Positions 49,006 to 63,735 of a stretch of 64,000 bases of DNA are shown here, piece by piece; the first letter of the stretch is position 1, and the number at the start of each line of letters is the position of its first letter. The stretch lies in NCBI GenBank assembly GCA_964270895.1, contig OZ185438.1; one strand, 5' to 3'. This stretch comes from Podarcis filfolensis (taxonomy: Eukaryota). Below the pieces are notes generated by a model. The model had not been told where the DNA came from and did not search any database. It saw only the letters and a list, made by a program, of their open reading frames with translations. A program made the position numbers and the translations under genes.

Positions 49006-51238
49006 TGGCAGCACTCATAATTTTTTAGAGGGAAGGCATGACACAGTGAGGTAATGTATGGTGTGACCATGGCACTGGTGACTCTCAAGTTGAACTGTGT
49101 GTGGTGACTCTGCCAGATGCATGCTAGGACTCTTGTTTTCCCAGTTCTATTCAGCAGAACAGGAAAATTCAATATCAAGTTTTGTGTGGACCACCATATA
49201 TGGCAGGGATGGGGGTTGAATTTGTTTAATTTCTCTCCCCCACACATTGGTGGATCGATCTGATTCAACACTGCCAAATGTGCTTGCAGATTGGAACACA
49301 GCATGTACTCAAATTATGCACTTCTCTGGATTTTGCAATGCAGTTTCAGTGTGGGGAAAGTGTTCACAAAAATATGTATTTTATCCAAAAGAGCCAAATG
49401 TAAAGTGGCATGGAAATTATATAAATAAACAGAACATAACCAACTCTTGATCACAATCTTAGAGATTTATTCATTTATCTACATACCAATAGATTAAACC
49501 AAGTTAATCACTGAGGTAGCTTAAAATTATTAAAACAATGCAATATAAAATAATATGAACATGCCATGATAAAAAAGAGCAAAAAATAGAAGCACCAGAA
49601 CACATACTCATGGCAGGGGAACAACACTTACATCATCCCAAAGGCTTGGTGAAATAAATATGTCTTTACAATTTGCTGATAAATCATTACAGATAGAACC
49701 AATTGGGTTTTCGGGGAGAGAAAGGGATTATCTATTGTTGCACAATTGCAGCAAGGAAAACAATAGAGGATGTGCTAATGATATTTAAAAGTGAGTTTAA
49801 AATAAAAATAATCTCTAAGAGTTGTATATAACAAAGCCATTATGCTTGCAGAACAATTTCCAGTTGTGAAACCAAATTTACTATCCCACGCCTCCTCCTA
49901 TGCCCTGCTCAAAATGTTGTGGAGGGCTGGGGCGGGGGAACCCTCAAGCAGGGAGAGGAGAAGGAGGGGATGTTTTGTTGCATGAGGAGAAGTTGTTGCA
50001 CAAGTTTAATTACTTTCACGGACACAAAAATAAAAGTCCAATGTATATGGGATTCTCAAGAGAATTTATTAAAGGATAAACAAAAAGGGTTTTCACTATT
50101 ATTTAGGGAAATGGCGGGGGGGGGATGGCTAGGTCTCAATCTTTAACAAACTTTAGTGGACAAATTTATCTAGCTAGTGAGTTCATTAAACCTCTTGTTT
50201 TTGCTGTCTAGGCTATAATATATGGCTGGTAGGTTGTGTTTTGCTTGATGGGACCCAAGTTAGCATGATGTTTACACAGGCCTTAGAAAGCATTTTGCCA
50301 GCCCAATGAAGGGGTACTGATTTCTTATAAGAGCAGACTATCCTCAGTTGCCATGGTAAAAATCCCCAGGAATCATTTCTCTTTTCTACAACCAGTTTGT
50401 TGTATGATAACATCCGATTAGAAATTCCACCACCTTCACCAGTGTAAATTTTTAATGTAGTCACATTTGGCAGGATTTTATATCCTTATATGCATGCATA
50501 CATACATACATACAAAATACACAGGAAGATAACTCTGATGCTGTTGCATCAGATATGCTAGCCTACAGATCTGAAGTCAATGAATCTCGGAGATTTTGGG
50601 GAGAAAGTAGGTGAGAAAGAGAATAAATCCATGAATTTTACATTGAGTTCAAATAATTTATATGCTTCCTAGAGTGCTCAGAACCTTCCACTCAGCCTAA
50701 GCATGACTCACCAACAGAGCCAAGCCAAATAATTTCCAGTGAATAATGTATGTGGTGAATTGCAGTTCTTTCTCGGTTTGTAAGCTGTGAGCAAAAAAGA
50801 GAAAGAAAAGTTGTGATTTTCCTCATTTTATTTCAGTGTAGTGCTTAGAATCTGATTCCCAGGTTGCTTCCACCTTTCAGAATTCCTCCATGAATTACTG
50901 CAAATGCTGAAGAATTTTGCATTTTTTCCCATGTAGCAGGAAAGTCTCCCCTTCCATTGTTTTCTTACCCCATAAGCAGTTTAATAAGAGCACGGTCAGA
51001 GCACACAACCCTTTGACAGATTGCATGCATGCAGAAATCTGTTATAGTTTATTATTTTCCATTGTAGACTGTACATAAAAACATGAGGGGCATTTTTGAG
51101 AAACTTCCTAAATTTAACTGTAAAGTTAGATTGAAGAGTGTGGTGTTCAGTTTTTTGGTTCATCTTCACAGCTGGGGGAAATTTGAGGAAGGAGTTTTTG
51201 CAGTGCTCAAAATGCACCCCCGTTTTCACTCATTTGCA

Positions 51239-52102
51239 TGTTCAGACCCAGAGACCTCCCCCCTAAATAAAGACACATTTGACTCAAATTTTAGTTTTGG
51301 TTTTTGACAGAATTTAGGCTATAACTTTATTGATTACAGAAAAGTGAGTGGTTGCGCAGGCTCTGGTTCAACTAGCTCCCTACACCCTTGCAGGTAGCGC
51401 TGACCCAGAGCTCTATCATAGGTCAGCCAAGGGTGAACACCTGAGGCAGGTGAAAGGCCTGGGAACAGACCCTGTTCACTCCCCAGATGCTCCCCTGGAC
51501 TCAGGGACAGGCACAACCCCCTCTCAGGGGTTGACCAAACCAAGTTGAGTCCCTGGATTGCTTTAACGGAATACCCTTCACATAGGGATGGTGAGACCGT
51601 TCTCCCATCCCTATCTCATGAACCAGTGCCTATCTCGAACCTTACAAGTTGTGACGAATTGCTACGTGGCAGGCGAAACCCAAATGGCTACAGCCAAGTG
51701 GGGAAAATTCCTGCCGTGCCCCGTCCCAACAACAGACGACACAGGACGGCATATCAAGGTCAATTGCAAAATGCCCTAAAGTTAGGGAGAGGTGGGCGGG
51801 TGTTCCGATGCATGAGCCAAAAGAGGAAGCTCTGAGACACATGCATGGGTTTATATAGGTCCCACGATCTTTTTACACTGCACCCATTGGCCAGATTAAA
51901 TCCAGCAATGAGGGACCTACCAATCGGGTGTTGTGGCTATCCAATAGACCCACCCACAATCAGTGTCCAGGTCTCACTGCAACACGTGCCCTCTTTTAGG
52001 GAGGGCACAATTTATCAGGGAATACTCCAAGTGGCACCAAGAGGAGAAAAGGGGCAAGCACATCCCCATTGCCCTAGAAAGAGAGACTTTGACCCCAACA
52101 CA
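51239..52102 (-). mobile_element. Solo LTR, ~864 bp
   Basis: TG...CA termini; possible 4-bp TSD tgca/taca; on the minus strand the order is CCAAT (51886-51890), TATATAAA (51850-51857), AATAAA (51326-51331), as expected for U3-R-U5. Confidence 0.65.
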
Positions 52103-52120
52103 TACAGAGTGGGGCTGAAG

Positions 52121-52265
52121 TTCTGTGGCAGAGCACTGGCTTTTCATTCAGAAGGTCACAGGTCCTGTCTCAAACCCTGGAAAGCTGCAGCCAGTGAGCA
52201 GAGACAATACTGAACTAGATGGACCAATGGTGTGACCCAATATAATGCAGCTTCCTAAATTCCTG
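52121..52265 (+). mobile_element. tRNA-derived squamate SINE, degenerate (family name uncertain)
   Basis: gtggcagagcactgg...cagaaggtc..agg head; tail gacaatactgaactagatggaccaatgg...gcagcttccta..ttcct. Confidence 0.65.
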
Positions 52266-53120
52266 AGAGAGTTAAAGAGCATAGCAGAAGGGCCCATGTG
52301 CATTTATATACTGATATCCCTGTGTGATCTGGAGAAAGCCCTATGCACATACAGGGGGCTATGCATTATTTCTCTGCAGATGTTTAATTGAATGCATTTA
52401 GGTCAGAGGGGTGGGCCTGCTGCCCAGATCCTTCTTCCCCCTCCATACACATTAATTTACCATAATTATATCATTTCAGTGCTCGGTGACAGAGTGCATG
52501 TTTCACAGCAGAAGGTTCCAAGCTCAACTCTAGGCATTTGCAGCTAGAGCTGGGAAAGTTTCTTCTCAGGAAAGAATATTCTGACATGTTTCCCTTTTTT
52601 GAGCTCCTTCACCCCTGGAGAATATTTAGTGAAATAGCTTTACCTGTTTTGCCATCTGTGAATCTTGGGTTCAGTTGTGGAGTCATTTTCAATATCTTCC
52701 TATATACATAAAAATGTAAGGCTGTCATCGCACAGCCCCCATTGGGGAATTTGTAGTGCCACATCACAGTACTGGATTTGCATGAAGTCAAAGCACTGCT
52801 CCCATTGGATAACCTGCAGTGCTTCATGACAATCCTGGATTTGATGCAGGAAGTTACCATGGAAGTGGCTTGTGGGAAAGGGGATTACACAAAAGGAGGG
52901 GGAGGCATAGACATGGAGGTGAAGGTGTAAATGGGTGGAAAGTGAAGCTGCTGAAAGGAAGGGAGAATTGGCTTCAGCAATGGGATTGGGAAGGTTAAAA
53001 GCAATGTTATTAGTTGCATGGGGTGAGAAGGGGAAGCTCTGGTGGTTTAATATAGTGGGGAATGGCAGGGGTTGGTGAGTGGAATGAACAGGGGCCCAGC
53101 CCCTAGCTGTTTAGTATTAG

Positions 53121-53449
53121 TAAAGGTCCATTAGGTCCGGTCGTGACCGACTCTGAGGTTGCAGAGTTCATCTCGCTTTATTGGCCGAGGGAGCCGGCAT
53201 ACAGCTTCTGGGTCATGTGGCCAGCATGACTAAGCCGCTTCTGGCGAACCAGAGCAGCGCACGGAAACGCCGTATACCTTCCCGCTGGAGCGGTACCTAT
53301 TTATCTACTTGCACTTTGACGCGCTTTTGAACTGCTAGGTTGGCAGGAGCAGCGACTGAGCAACGGGAGCTCACCCCGTCGTGGGGATTCGAACCTCCAA
53401 CCTTCTGATCAGCAAGTCCTAAGCTGTGGTTTAACCCACAGCGCCACCC
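53121..53449 (-). mobile_element. Sauria SINE, near full length
   Basis: Body aligns to the other copies; small deletions at the extreme head and tail. Confidence 0.93.
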
Positions 53450-54844
53450 TTGGTTAGTGTAATATCATTAAAATAAGCATTAGGCTTGGTCCTACCTCCT
53501 TTCAGTCTACCTCTCTCAGCCCGTTGCTTCCTTGATCTGTATAAACCCTGGATATTTAAGCCCATCTCTATCTTGTGTCCATTTTCAGTGTGCTCAGTTA
53601 TAGGTCCGTTATATCGTATTTTTGCGGGGGGGGGGTAAGTATGGAAAATACATTTAAATTGAACACATTTTATATGCCATTTCCCCCTAAAATACTCATT
53701 CTTGTAAATTTATCATTATATTTCCCTGTGAAATTCACATTTTTGTGTGCCGTCTTCAAACCCAAACTCGAAGACTGGTGAATCAAGTCTGTTTGCTATA
53801 AAATTTGGACAGGGCATATTTGTCCTCTGGTGCCTAATGTGAACTAAAAAGAGATTTTCATTCAACATTAAGTGAGTTGAAATTTCTCAAAAGAGAATTT
53901 TCCGAGGGGAAAAAAACCTATTGGAGGATTATACCTTCTCCTCCCTACCAAAAATATTTGTCAAAATGCTTTCTAATTTTGCAGGGAGAATGTTTTGAAA
54001 GGCATTTTTGTTCAGCCCTGCTTTGAACCATTGAGAAAGGCAAAACTGTTGTGCCTCCCATTCAAGTCTTTCTGCAGTCTCCTTGGGTACCTTCCTCCCA
54101 GCTTGTTAGGGACAGCAAGATTATGATTTTAGCCACATCGTTTGGGAGTGAAAATAGGGATGAAAGAGCAGGGAAGACGGCTGGGCAGGCCACAATTTAA
54201 TGACCCCTGGGAGCAGGCCCAAGCGTTCCCATTGGCCCACCACCAGGCGAATGCCCATCCAAGGTCTCCTGGCATTGGCTAATAGTCAGCAGCCAGGTGA
54301 TCCTACCTGCCACTTGCTGGATCACTTGCGTGGCCCAATACCTGGTCGCAACACTGCCCACTGTAGATTGTGAGCAGACTTGGAGGACAGAGCCCACCTC
54401 GCCACATTCCTTCTGCTGCTGCAGAGAATTACGCAATACATTTGTGTCTAGAAAGGTGTTTGAGTAACTGGAGAGATAGCATAGTCCTTTGCTCCTTGGC
54501 TGTTACTGCTGCTTATTGCTTTAGTGGATTTCGACTTCGTTGAGGTTTTCATGGCTGTATTTTATAGTGCAGTACTTTAAATGCCCTGTTGGTTTGAGAA
54601 CCTGGTGTAGACATGTAATTAAATAATTAACTAACTAATTAAAAGGTATCATGAAACGACTGTGTGATCACCGGTCAAACAGACCATTTCCCCCTACTAA
54701 AGAAACCGCTTGCATAATATAAGCAAGATGTAAGTTCTGAAGATCAAAGAACACATTTCATTTGCTTTGATGTATCTTGGGATACTAGAGTCTTTATGCT
54801 TTGAACTCACAAAACTCCTACTATTAAATGTGGAGGGAGAATTC

Positions 54845-54872
54845 TTATTTATTTATTTATTTATTTATTTAT
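54845..54872 (+). repeat. (TTTA)n microsatellite
   Basis: Direct. Confidence 0.9.
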
Positions 54873-55295
54873 GGAGTTCAAGTGTTGTACCTTAATCTTG
54901 TGGGTTTCATAGCAACAGTAACTTGAAAGATGGGAAACTTTGCTAGCTATTGTGTAAAGGAGAGAGAAATAGTAGTTTTCAGAATTCACAAGGTACAATG
55001 AATGAAACTGCTGAACACCAGACACTAATTAGACTATAGTTCCAACACAAATCTAGGTATGTAAGTCCACCAGTTTCAGGAAACTGATATGTGACTATTA
55101 GGGCAAGTGACTTTTTGGGGGTGGGTGGGGGGAACGGGACAAATAACCAAATGTAGACAAATTGCCCTTTCCTGTGTCCTGTCTGGCTAATGCTAGTATG
55201 ATGAAAATGGGGGAGGGGTGTCTTTTACTGTTCCTGTGTGTGTGTGCATGCGCACGCACACGCACACGGATGAGAAAAGGTTTCTTTTCCATTTA

Positions 55296-55751
55296 CCGTA
55301 CTTTCCCGTGTATAAGACTAGGTTTTTTTCCCTTAAAAATCATGCTAAAAAGTGGTGGTTGTCTTATACATGGGTAGTGCATAGGGTGGACATTTGATTG
55401 GGTGCTGCCATGGCTGTTAGCAGCTATTGTGCATATTATTGGTTGCTGCATCAGTGGGTGGTGTTGATTGGCCAGTGCTGCGGCAATTGGGCGGGCGATT
55501 GGCAGCTTCTGCTGGTGAGGGGACAGACAGGAGGCAGATTTTGTGACGCATGTGTGTGAGTGATTTGCGGCATTCCCCCCTTTAAAAAACTCAACAACCC
55601 TTGGTAATCGACCCCAAACAAAACTCTGGGCAATCCTCCACAAAAAAAGCTCAACAACTTTTTGCCATCTCCCCCCATTTTCTGAAATTTCAGTCCCCCA
55701 AAATAGGGGGCGTCTTATACATGGAGACGTCTTATACACAGAAAAGTACGG
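55296..55751. mobile_element. Tc1/mariner superfamily (Tc2/pogo-like) MITE, 456 bp
   Basis: TA on both flanks; 23-bp TIR ccgtactttcccgtgtataagac vs ccgtacttttctgtgtataagac (21/23); repeated subterminal gtcttatac motifs. Confidence 0.9.
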
Positions 55752-58700
55752 TATTTCAATAAGGGAAATATATTACACCAGCTGTAATGCTGGTGTAATG
55801 TGTCCCCAGTCCCAGCAGTAAGTTGAGGAAAGAGAAAGACTGTGAATTCAGCCTCTCTCAGCATACTCCCTGCATACCTTCTTTGCTTTCTTTCTGTTTG
55901 ATTTGTTTAGACATTTTCACTGGTACACTTAAAGAACAAGAGAATTTGGGCTTGCAGTGTTCGAAACCTCATTTTATATTTGAACTACAACCTTCCAACA
56001 CCATTCTTGCAATTACATATATCAGTTAGCTCAATGAATATGGACCGTGAATACCCCACTGACCTGTAATAGGAGGCTGTGTGACATTTGGCTCTGACCT
56101 TTGCTTGCTTGCTTTCTCCCCCTCCCTCAGCGAAAAAGAAATATTCACCAGCCTCAGCTGGACTTCCACTGAAACAAGAACAGAACTCAAGCAGATAGTT
56201 GAATGAGCCTTGGGCAAAGCCAAAATAAACTGCAAGGTCTTCCATCTTCTAAGCCATTGCTTTATGCAGTCTTCAACTTGCATCCTGCTGCATCCAGTCT
56301 CAGCCGCCAGTGATGGAGTGAATACCTGCCTAGAATTGGATGAAATTACCTGGGGCATTCTGAGGGGTGCATCTCTGATAAAAAACACTCACCTTAGTTG
56401 CAATGATTAATGATTATTTTATGGATAAATAATAGATTGGGCACCATTGGATACACACAGAAAAATTAATCCAAAATGCCCTTTGGCTATGGTTCCTGGA
56501 AATATAAATTACTGAACTATTGGTGTTAGGAAAGGTTGGCATTCTTTTGAAGATAAGTTCATCGCTATCTATCTTCTGAATAGAATGTCATCCTCAAACT
56601 TGTCTCAGCCGCTGCCAAAACTAAGAAGTGTCACTGTGCTTATAAAATGAGGAACCTTCACCAGTTCTCATGAATATCTTGTGCTGCAGCCACCAAGTAT
56701 GAGGCAAACACAGACTGCCTTCTGCACAAGGTAGGTTTAGGAATTATTCCATGGCAAATTATGGATATCAGTTGGTCGGTTGCTTGAGTAAAAAGTTACG
56801 GGAACAGAGAAAGGAAAATAATATTTTCTGCAAAAAGTATAAAAAGTTTTTTTTTTAGGTCAAGAACAAAACTAAATGTAGTTTGAGTAGTTATTATTTC
56901 AAGATCCTTCTATGAAAAGCTTGGATCTGTGAAGGGATTCAACCCTACTCATCTACCCATAACAATGTAATGTCACTGTATTGTGACTTCTCTACACCCA
57001 CCCCGCAGTATTGGCTTCCACATGGGGGACACACACAGGTTGTTCAGGCGATGTCCTCATGTTCTAGATCCATTTCATTGTGGTTTCAGACATACTTTTG
57101 TACCGAAGCAACTTTTGTTATCCTAATGATGACTTGAGGCAGGGGGAATGTGACCCAACAACTGCTACTGGTGTAATACTTTCTTACAACCTGTTATCAG
57201 CAGTCCATGGTGGGCTTCACAGAATATGAACTGGCAGGTTTGTACTTGATGCCCACATGTGTCTTTTAAAGAGCCTTAATGAGTTCAATGGGCCGTTCTC
57301 CCAGGGCCTTGTGTATAGCACTGCAGCCATAGAAACCCTTTCTAGGAGTCCACCAACATACAATAACAATTTTAACAAAAAGGCCGAAAGCGGGCGAGTG
57401 ATTCACTAGGGAGCCATCAAAACGTCAATAAAGGGGATAAAAAAAAAAGTATTTCACTCTGCTAATTAGGGGGCCATATTTTAAAACTGTTATTCAAGAC
57501 CAAACTCAATTAACACAATAAAAAAACCCTATTTTGAAAACTGGTACATTTGCTTATTACTTATTTCCCTAAAACATTTCTGACTTTTATACAAATATAT
57601 ACAATATTTTTTTTAAAAAAAACAAACAAACCACAAGCAAACACTAAAAACAAAATAAGTAGGAAAATGGGGTTATTTGTACAATAATTTTAAAAAATAA
57701 AAGCCTAGCAGTAATTAGCAGCATTATAAACATCCCAAGAAAATGGTGTTTCCATGGTACCTAAATGACACCAAGTTCATCTCTCTGGGGGTGGGGAGCA
57801 TGTTATGTGGCACAATGGAAGGACTTTTCAGGGCGGGGGGAACAGGTCCCATTCAGTCAGCCTGGTGGTGCAATGGGTAGAATCACTGTGCTTGTAACCT
57901 GAACTCATTGGAGGGGGAGAAGAGAAAGAACAAAGCAGTTGGTAATGCCATTGTAGGTAGAGTTGCTATGGGCTTGAGACCCAAGGGAGAAGCGTGATGC
58001 TAGGTGAATGGGCAAGGGTGGATGAGAAGGCAGTGCTGAATGTTGTAAACATGATTGCAGTTCAGAATCAAGTAATTGCAGGTTGTCCGAGCTTTCACAA
58101 ATTCATTTTGATTAATTAGATATAAAGGAGTGGGAGGAAAGTATTACACCAGCAAAAAGGATTAACTTGTAGGCTTCCAAATTAACTAACCCATATTATA
58201 AATATGAATAGTAAGCTGTTTTGTAAAATCATACATGGATAAAAGGATAGATTGCAATAAGTATTATCTTAGAGACAAAACAATTTACTTAGGAGGAGAG
58301 GCATTATTCTTGATAACAAGGCAGAATTGCTTGCTATAATCATAGTTGTTGTTCCACTCAGAAGGACTATTGAAGAACTATTAAATAAAATGAAGTATCA
58401 GAATTAGGCAATGATGGGGTAAGCCATTTGGCCAAAATGAAGTTGTAAAACAACAGGCATACCCCAATAACTTTTTCCTGTTGTTTTCCCTGCTGAAAAA
58501 GTAAAGATTCATGTAGAACAAAGCACCATTACTTCAATGCATCCTTCCTAATCTACCATTTTGCTGGTGTGAGCAATCAAGAAAAAAATAAAATAAAATA
58601 GTTCTAATCAATAAAAAGTGAGAGAAATAAACTACCATATATGCAGATAATGTAGTAATGACTTTAACTCATAAATTGAAATTGAGATACATATAACAAA

Positions 58701-58767
58701 ATATTGATAAAATGATGATGAAACGGGCTTTTTAAAGCCTTTTTGTAACATAAAGGTGCTATATAAA

Positions 58768-58768
<1 letters not shown>

Positions 58769-58803
<35 letters not shown>

Positions 58804-58805
58804 AT
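58769..58805 (+). repeat. (AAAT)n microsatellite, possibly a retroelement tail
   Basis: Direct; preceded by aaaggtgctatataaatt, resembling L2/MIR-type 3' ends. Confidence 0.85.
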
Positions 58806-60334
58806 GCTAACAGAGAAATGTAACCAACAGCATGTGTTGCTGAGACCTGGATAGGTGAGATGGGTGGGCTTCACCTAACTCAGCTGTTCCCACTAAGATA
58901 TGCTTTGTAATGCCAGCCCTAACCAGAGGGTCAGGGTGGAGGCATAGCCATTGTCCACAGGAGTTCCAGTTCGATCCTGGGACAGACTTAGGTGGTGTTG
59001 GAGCATAGAGAGAGATTCTGGGGAGAAGAAAGTTAAAAGGCTGGGTAGCTGAAAACTACCCAGGAGTTTTTCTCCTGAAGGTCAGCGTATAAAAATATAC
59101 ACAGAGAGAAATACTACCCTATTTAGAAACAATCAGGTGGGGCAGGAGGTGATGGGCACCATATTGACGACCCCAACAATAGTCCATGCAATTGTTGGGT
59201 GCCCTGTTTTCTTTAATACAGAACATCCTATCGGACAAAATTAGGTTGCTGTAATTATTTATGGCCTGCCAGGTATGTGATACCAACTGATCAGTTCAGA
59301 TCCAAACCCTTGCTACAAAAATAATTATAGCCTTCCTTCCTAGCCTATTCTTGAGAATAATGAGTACTTCTTATATCGGAATAAATCTATTATAACAACA
59401 GGTAGAATAATACAGTAGAGCAGATATAATGATCTTAAACAGCTAGATACTGCAACATATGGAGTAAGTTCATTGCTGATGATCTGAGTTTTGAGGGGAT
59501 TAATTTAGTAATGGTGGTGGATGGGTGCTGCATTGGCACCTAATGGGACCTTTTTTCCTATCGCTAACTGCAGTGTGGGGGCAATTTCCATGGAAATCAT
59601 GGCTGGTGACAAAAGAGGAAAATCATTTCTCTGCATGCTGTGGGCTTGATAAAGTTTCCTCCACTTCCTAGTAATAATTAAAACAAAACCCTGATGGCAG
59701 CATTACATTTAGTGTTGTGCAGTTAGGCCCTTTAGTTTGGCCTTTTAGTGTAGTTAGCTATATAACACTGTAAAAAAAACACCTGAGAATGAACAAGTAA
59801 ACAAATTCAAAACCTAGCCTTGAAAATAAAGCATGTCTGGAAACTCAAAACCAATTCATATTCTACCCCTTTGAAAATCAGTTGCAGGATTGATTCCAGA
59901 TACCCTGAGAGAAGCCTTAGAATAGATTTGCCATCATTTCTATACAAGCTGTATTTCTCCAAAATGGCCACATAACTAGGAATGTCCTAAATAAGAAGCG
60001 AGGCTCCTTGAAGAAAGAGACCTGCTTTGTTGGAACAGGGCCGGCTCTAGATTTGGGGAGAGGCAACCTCTGCCCTCTTCCTTGCCCTCCTTTTGTCTCC
60101 TTGACGTCACAGGGCAGGCAATGGTGGCAAAGAGACGCCTTCTCTCACTCACTTGCCTGCCTTCTTCCTCTGGAAGGTGTGGCAGTGAGGCTCACCCACC
60201 CAAGGGGGCTCCATACCTCTTAGGTGCCAGTGTTCATTGATAGGAGTGCTGGCTGCTCCCCAGGCACAATTTGCTAAGAGCCTCCTGTGAAACAGCACAT
60301 CCATGCTTCAGGTCTCTTCTCCTCTGTGAACTCC

Positions 60335-60505
60335 CTAGCAAGCCTTAAGCAAGTCACTCTCTCTCAGAAAGTCATGCTATGTCAGTTCCTCACCCGCAAC
60401 ACAAGGAGAAACAAACTCACCTATCTTAATAGGCTTGTTGTAAGGTTTACCATGAGGCAGCCCATGTGAATGAACTAAAGATTCTAAAGTGCTATATAAA
60501 TGCTG
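60335..60505 (+). mobile_element. MIR/Ther1-type (CORE SINE) fragment
   Basis: ccttaagcaagtcactctctctcag...cagttcctcacc...aggcttgttgtaagg...aaagtgctatataaatg resembles the MIR core and tail. Confidence 0.6.
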
Positions 60506-61278
60506 ATCATTTTTGTAACTGTCCAAATAGCTGTTCTTCGCACAAGGACAATTTTCAAATGGTTTTTGCTGCTTTCGTTTTATATATAGTGAGTCAGTGC
60601 TTCAGGGACTCCTTGAACAAATGCTGTTTGTGCACCCAAGGTATTTATCTGGTGGACATTCTAGCAAACCTATCAAATGAAACACTTTGGAAATTCACAT
60701 AGCCATAATACTGATCAGCAACGGTCCATTTACTGTCCTATAATTGCAGAGAATGTTTATTCATTCTTGCCCCCATATTTTACTCAATCTTCTGTAATGT
60801 TACAGGTCATTGCATGGGTAGAGCTGGGATTCTGGAATATTTGTGAACTTAATTGTGCAAACAAAAGCTGCTCAGGAAACAAAACTGTTTGAAGGGCAGT
60901 AAGGGTAAGGTTAGAACTTAGGAAAAATAAATATTACATGCAATAGTGAAGGCTGCTAATTGTTACTGTAACATTTAGTATTATCTTTAAAATGTTATTG
61001 TTGTATAGGGCCCTGTTGTTTCATTGAGTTAGGCAAGTATATCACTTGCAAAATAGTTTTACTTTTAAAAAAATAGGAAAATACAGTTTATAGTTTGAAA
61101 ATGAATTATGTTTATGAAAACTTGGAAGCATTAGTTTGGAAATATGTTTCTTGCTCAAAAGCAGGGTCTTTTCAGTGGCAGCATGCACATCGTGGAACAC
61201 CATTACCCAAAGGGCCTGCAATCATTTGTATTTAGAAAATTACTGGTATTAAGGTCTTTCTTCGTTTTTTTTTATTTT

Positions 61279-61279
<1 letters not shown>

Positions 61280-61319
<40 letters not shown>
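61280..61319 (+). repeat. (CA)n microsatellite
   Basis: Direct, ~20 units. Confidence 0.97.
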
Positions 61320-61322
<3 letters not shown>

Positions 61323-62714
61323 TTGAGGGTCTTACCTAAAAGTTACCTTAATTCTGTTGTGAACTTCTTTAGTGTAATTTTGTACATGCCCTTGACAATT
61401 TTACTGCTGCTTTTAACATCTCTTCTAGTCTGGTTGTGTGGGGGGTAAGTTTGGGGGCAGGGGTATGATAAAAATTGTATTATAGATTATTTGTATATTT
61501 TTATTTAAAAAAACACTTTGGGAAATTGTTGGGAAAGTGGTTTCTAAAAATGTAAATAGACAAATGAAGAACAGAAGAAACGAACTTCTCCTTAGTGCAC
61601 TGGCAAAAATTGAATGTGATCTAACATATCAAGGTATTAGTAAATCCTATCTGGACTACAGATATGGGAACTGGGGCATTACATTTTGGTGACTTAAAGT
61701 GGAAGGTGACCACTACAGAAGGGAACTGAGCTTGGCTCCTGTTCAAAAACAGCAGTACAATCTGTTGCTGAAAATGGTGGTATGGCCCGGGCAGTAAGGG
61801 GCCCTTCAGAACCATGGCCAGTTCCTAACCCGATTATCTGCTGGTGCCTGATCTGCCTTCCTCTCTTTCAGTGATTACACAGATGGAGAGAAATGCAAGG
61901 GTGCATGTTGAGGTCTATCAAATAGCAATCAGAAGGCAACAGGCAGTGATCCATCATTAGGTAGCTGTGCTACAAGCCCAGACATCAAAGTACTGCAGAA
62001 TAAAGTCTCATATTTGACGGGGAGTCCTTTACTGCATTCCTCCTGAGTGTCTTTATTTTGCACCATGATCAGATATGAGAAGGACCTGCTGAGAAACACT
62101 TTTTAATCCCTGCCATCTAAGGCAGCTCTTGCATCTTTGAAAGCATCCGGATGAATTTATTGCAGCCTTGGGTTGTAGCCAGGAAGGACATGCAATTGCC
62201 TCAGTGGGTGTTTTGTGATTTATTGTAGTGGCGGGCGGAGGGGGGGGACAGTTCACTGTTTCTAAGTAATTTTAGTTAATGTGAAGATTTCAGAATTTCT
62301 AAGAGAGTTTCGTTAAAAGAAGCATGACCGTGATGGTAGATTTGATGTGGGTGCAAAAATTGTTTTGTTTTGCTTTATATTACTTTCGAAAGAACCAATA
62401 CCACATGTGGTTCTGTAGAAATGAGCAACTTGTTATGATTGTCAGACACTCCACGCTTCTGCCTCTATGGCAGTGATTTTCATTTAATGGAATTGCATAT
62501 TCCACTTTGTAATTGAGTGTTCCAATTTGAATGTGTTGCTCTTGGTGGAATACAATATTAGGAATTAGATACTTAAAGGGTTATGATGATATACCTTTGG
62601 ATTCTGGCTAATGCCTTGTGAAATTATTTTCTTATGCTTTTATACCATGGGGCAGAACAGAAGCCTAAAGGTTTTAATTGTATTTGTAGGGTTCCTTGGC
62701 TTTCATATGGAATG

Positions 62715-62845
62715 GCAATGGCTCAGTGGTAGCAGAGCACATGGTTTGCATGCCTAGGGTTTAGTCCCCTACATTGCCAGTTAGGAGCCCATCAACCACT
62801 GTTAACAATGATGAGTTTTACCTAAAGCAGCTTTTTATATTCCAG
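62715..62845 (+). mobile_element. Highly degenerate tRNA-derived SINE (similar to 52121-52265)
   Basis: ggctcagtggtagcagagcacatggtttgcatgc head; aaagcagctttttatattcc tail. Confidence 0.45.
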
Positions 62846-63697
62846 ACAAATGACATTAGCTCTCTGCTTAGTGGTAAGCAAAAGTTCTGAGATATGGAAT
62901 ACCCAAATCAGATTGAAGGATGTGCTACACTACATATAGTGGGGCTGGGATATATATTGCCCAGCGCATGATATGTGTTCATGTTAGGTGTCATTTTAGG
63001 CTATTTCAAAACCGCCACCTTAAATGCAGAAGGATAGAAAGCCTGCCTCATATAGTCCACATACTAAGAACAACTTTGTAATCTTTCTGAGCCAATGGAG
63101 AATTTGGGGGAAGAGGGTAGCACTTAATTCATAAATCACTCATGCAATATAAGCCGGTCAAATTCATTCTATAATCCAGATAATTGTAAATATTTGTGCC
63201 ATGACAGGTTCATAATATTAGGTAGCTACATAGCTGGCATCAATAAAATGTAATACCTAAGGACCAGTTGGAACAATAATAATAATAATAAATCATTCCA
63301 TCATCTAGCTTTATGGAGTATTCAGTGTTTTCATATATATTGTCTCAATGATACTAACCTAAACTCTGCATCGTGCATTAAAACTATTGTTATTTCCATA
63401 TTGCAGATAGGAGGTGGAATTGATAGTAGCCTGAAGTTGATAAGAATATTGCTTAAGGCCACTGAATGAGTTTCGTGGCAGAAGAAATGTTCTGGTTCAC
63501 AGCTCAGTCTCTTAAACTTTGTGTATTAAAAAAAAACCCATTCTAAAACACTGCACATTATAAAGCTCATTAAAATAATTTGTCAAGAGACTGGAGAAAC
63601 CTTCCCAAACTACACTCAACAGAACCATCTTTTACTTTCCTCTGGAAAGAGTTTTGGTGTTGTCTATTTATAAATCAAGGAAAATAAAAGCTTTTTT

Positions 63698-63700
<3 letters not shown>

Positions 63701-63732
<32 letters not shown>
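63701..63732 (+). repeat. (CA)n microsatellite
   Basis: Direct, 16 units. Confidence 0.97.
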
Positions 63733-63735
<3 letters not shown>

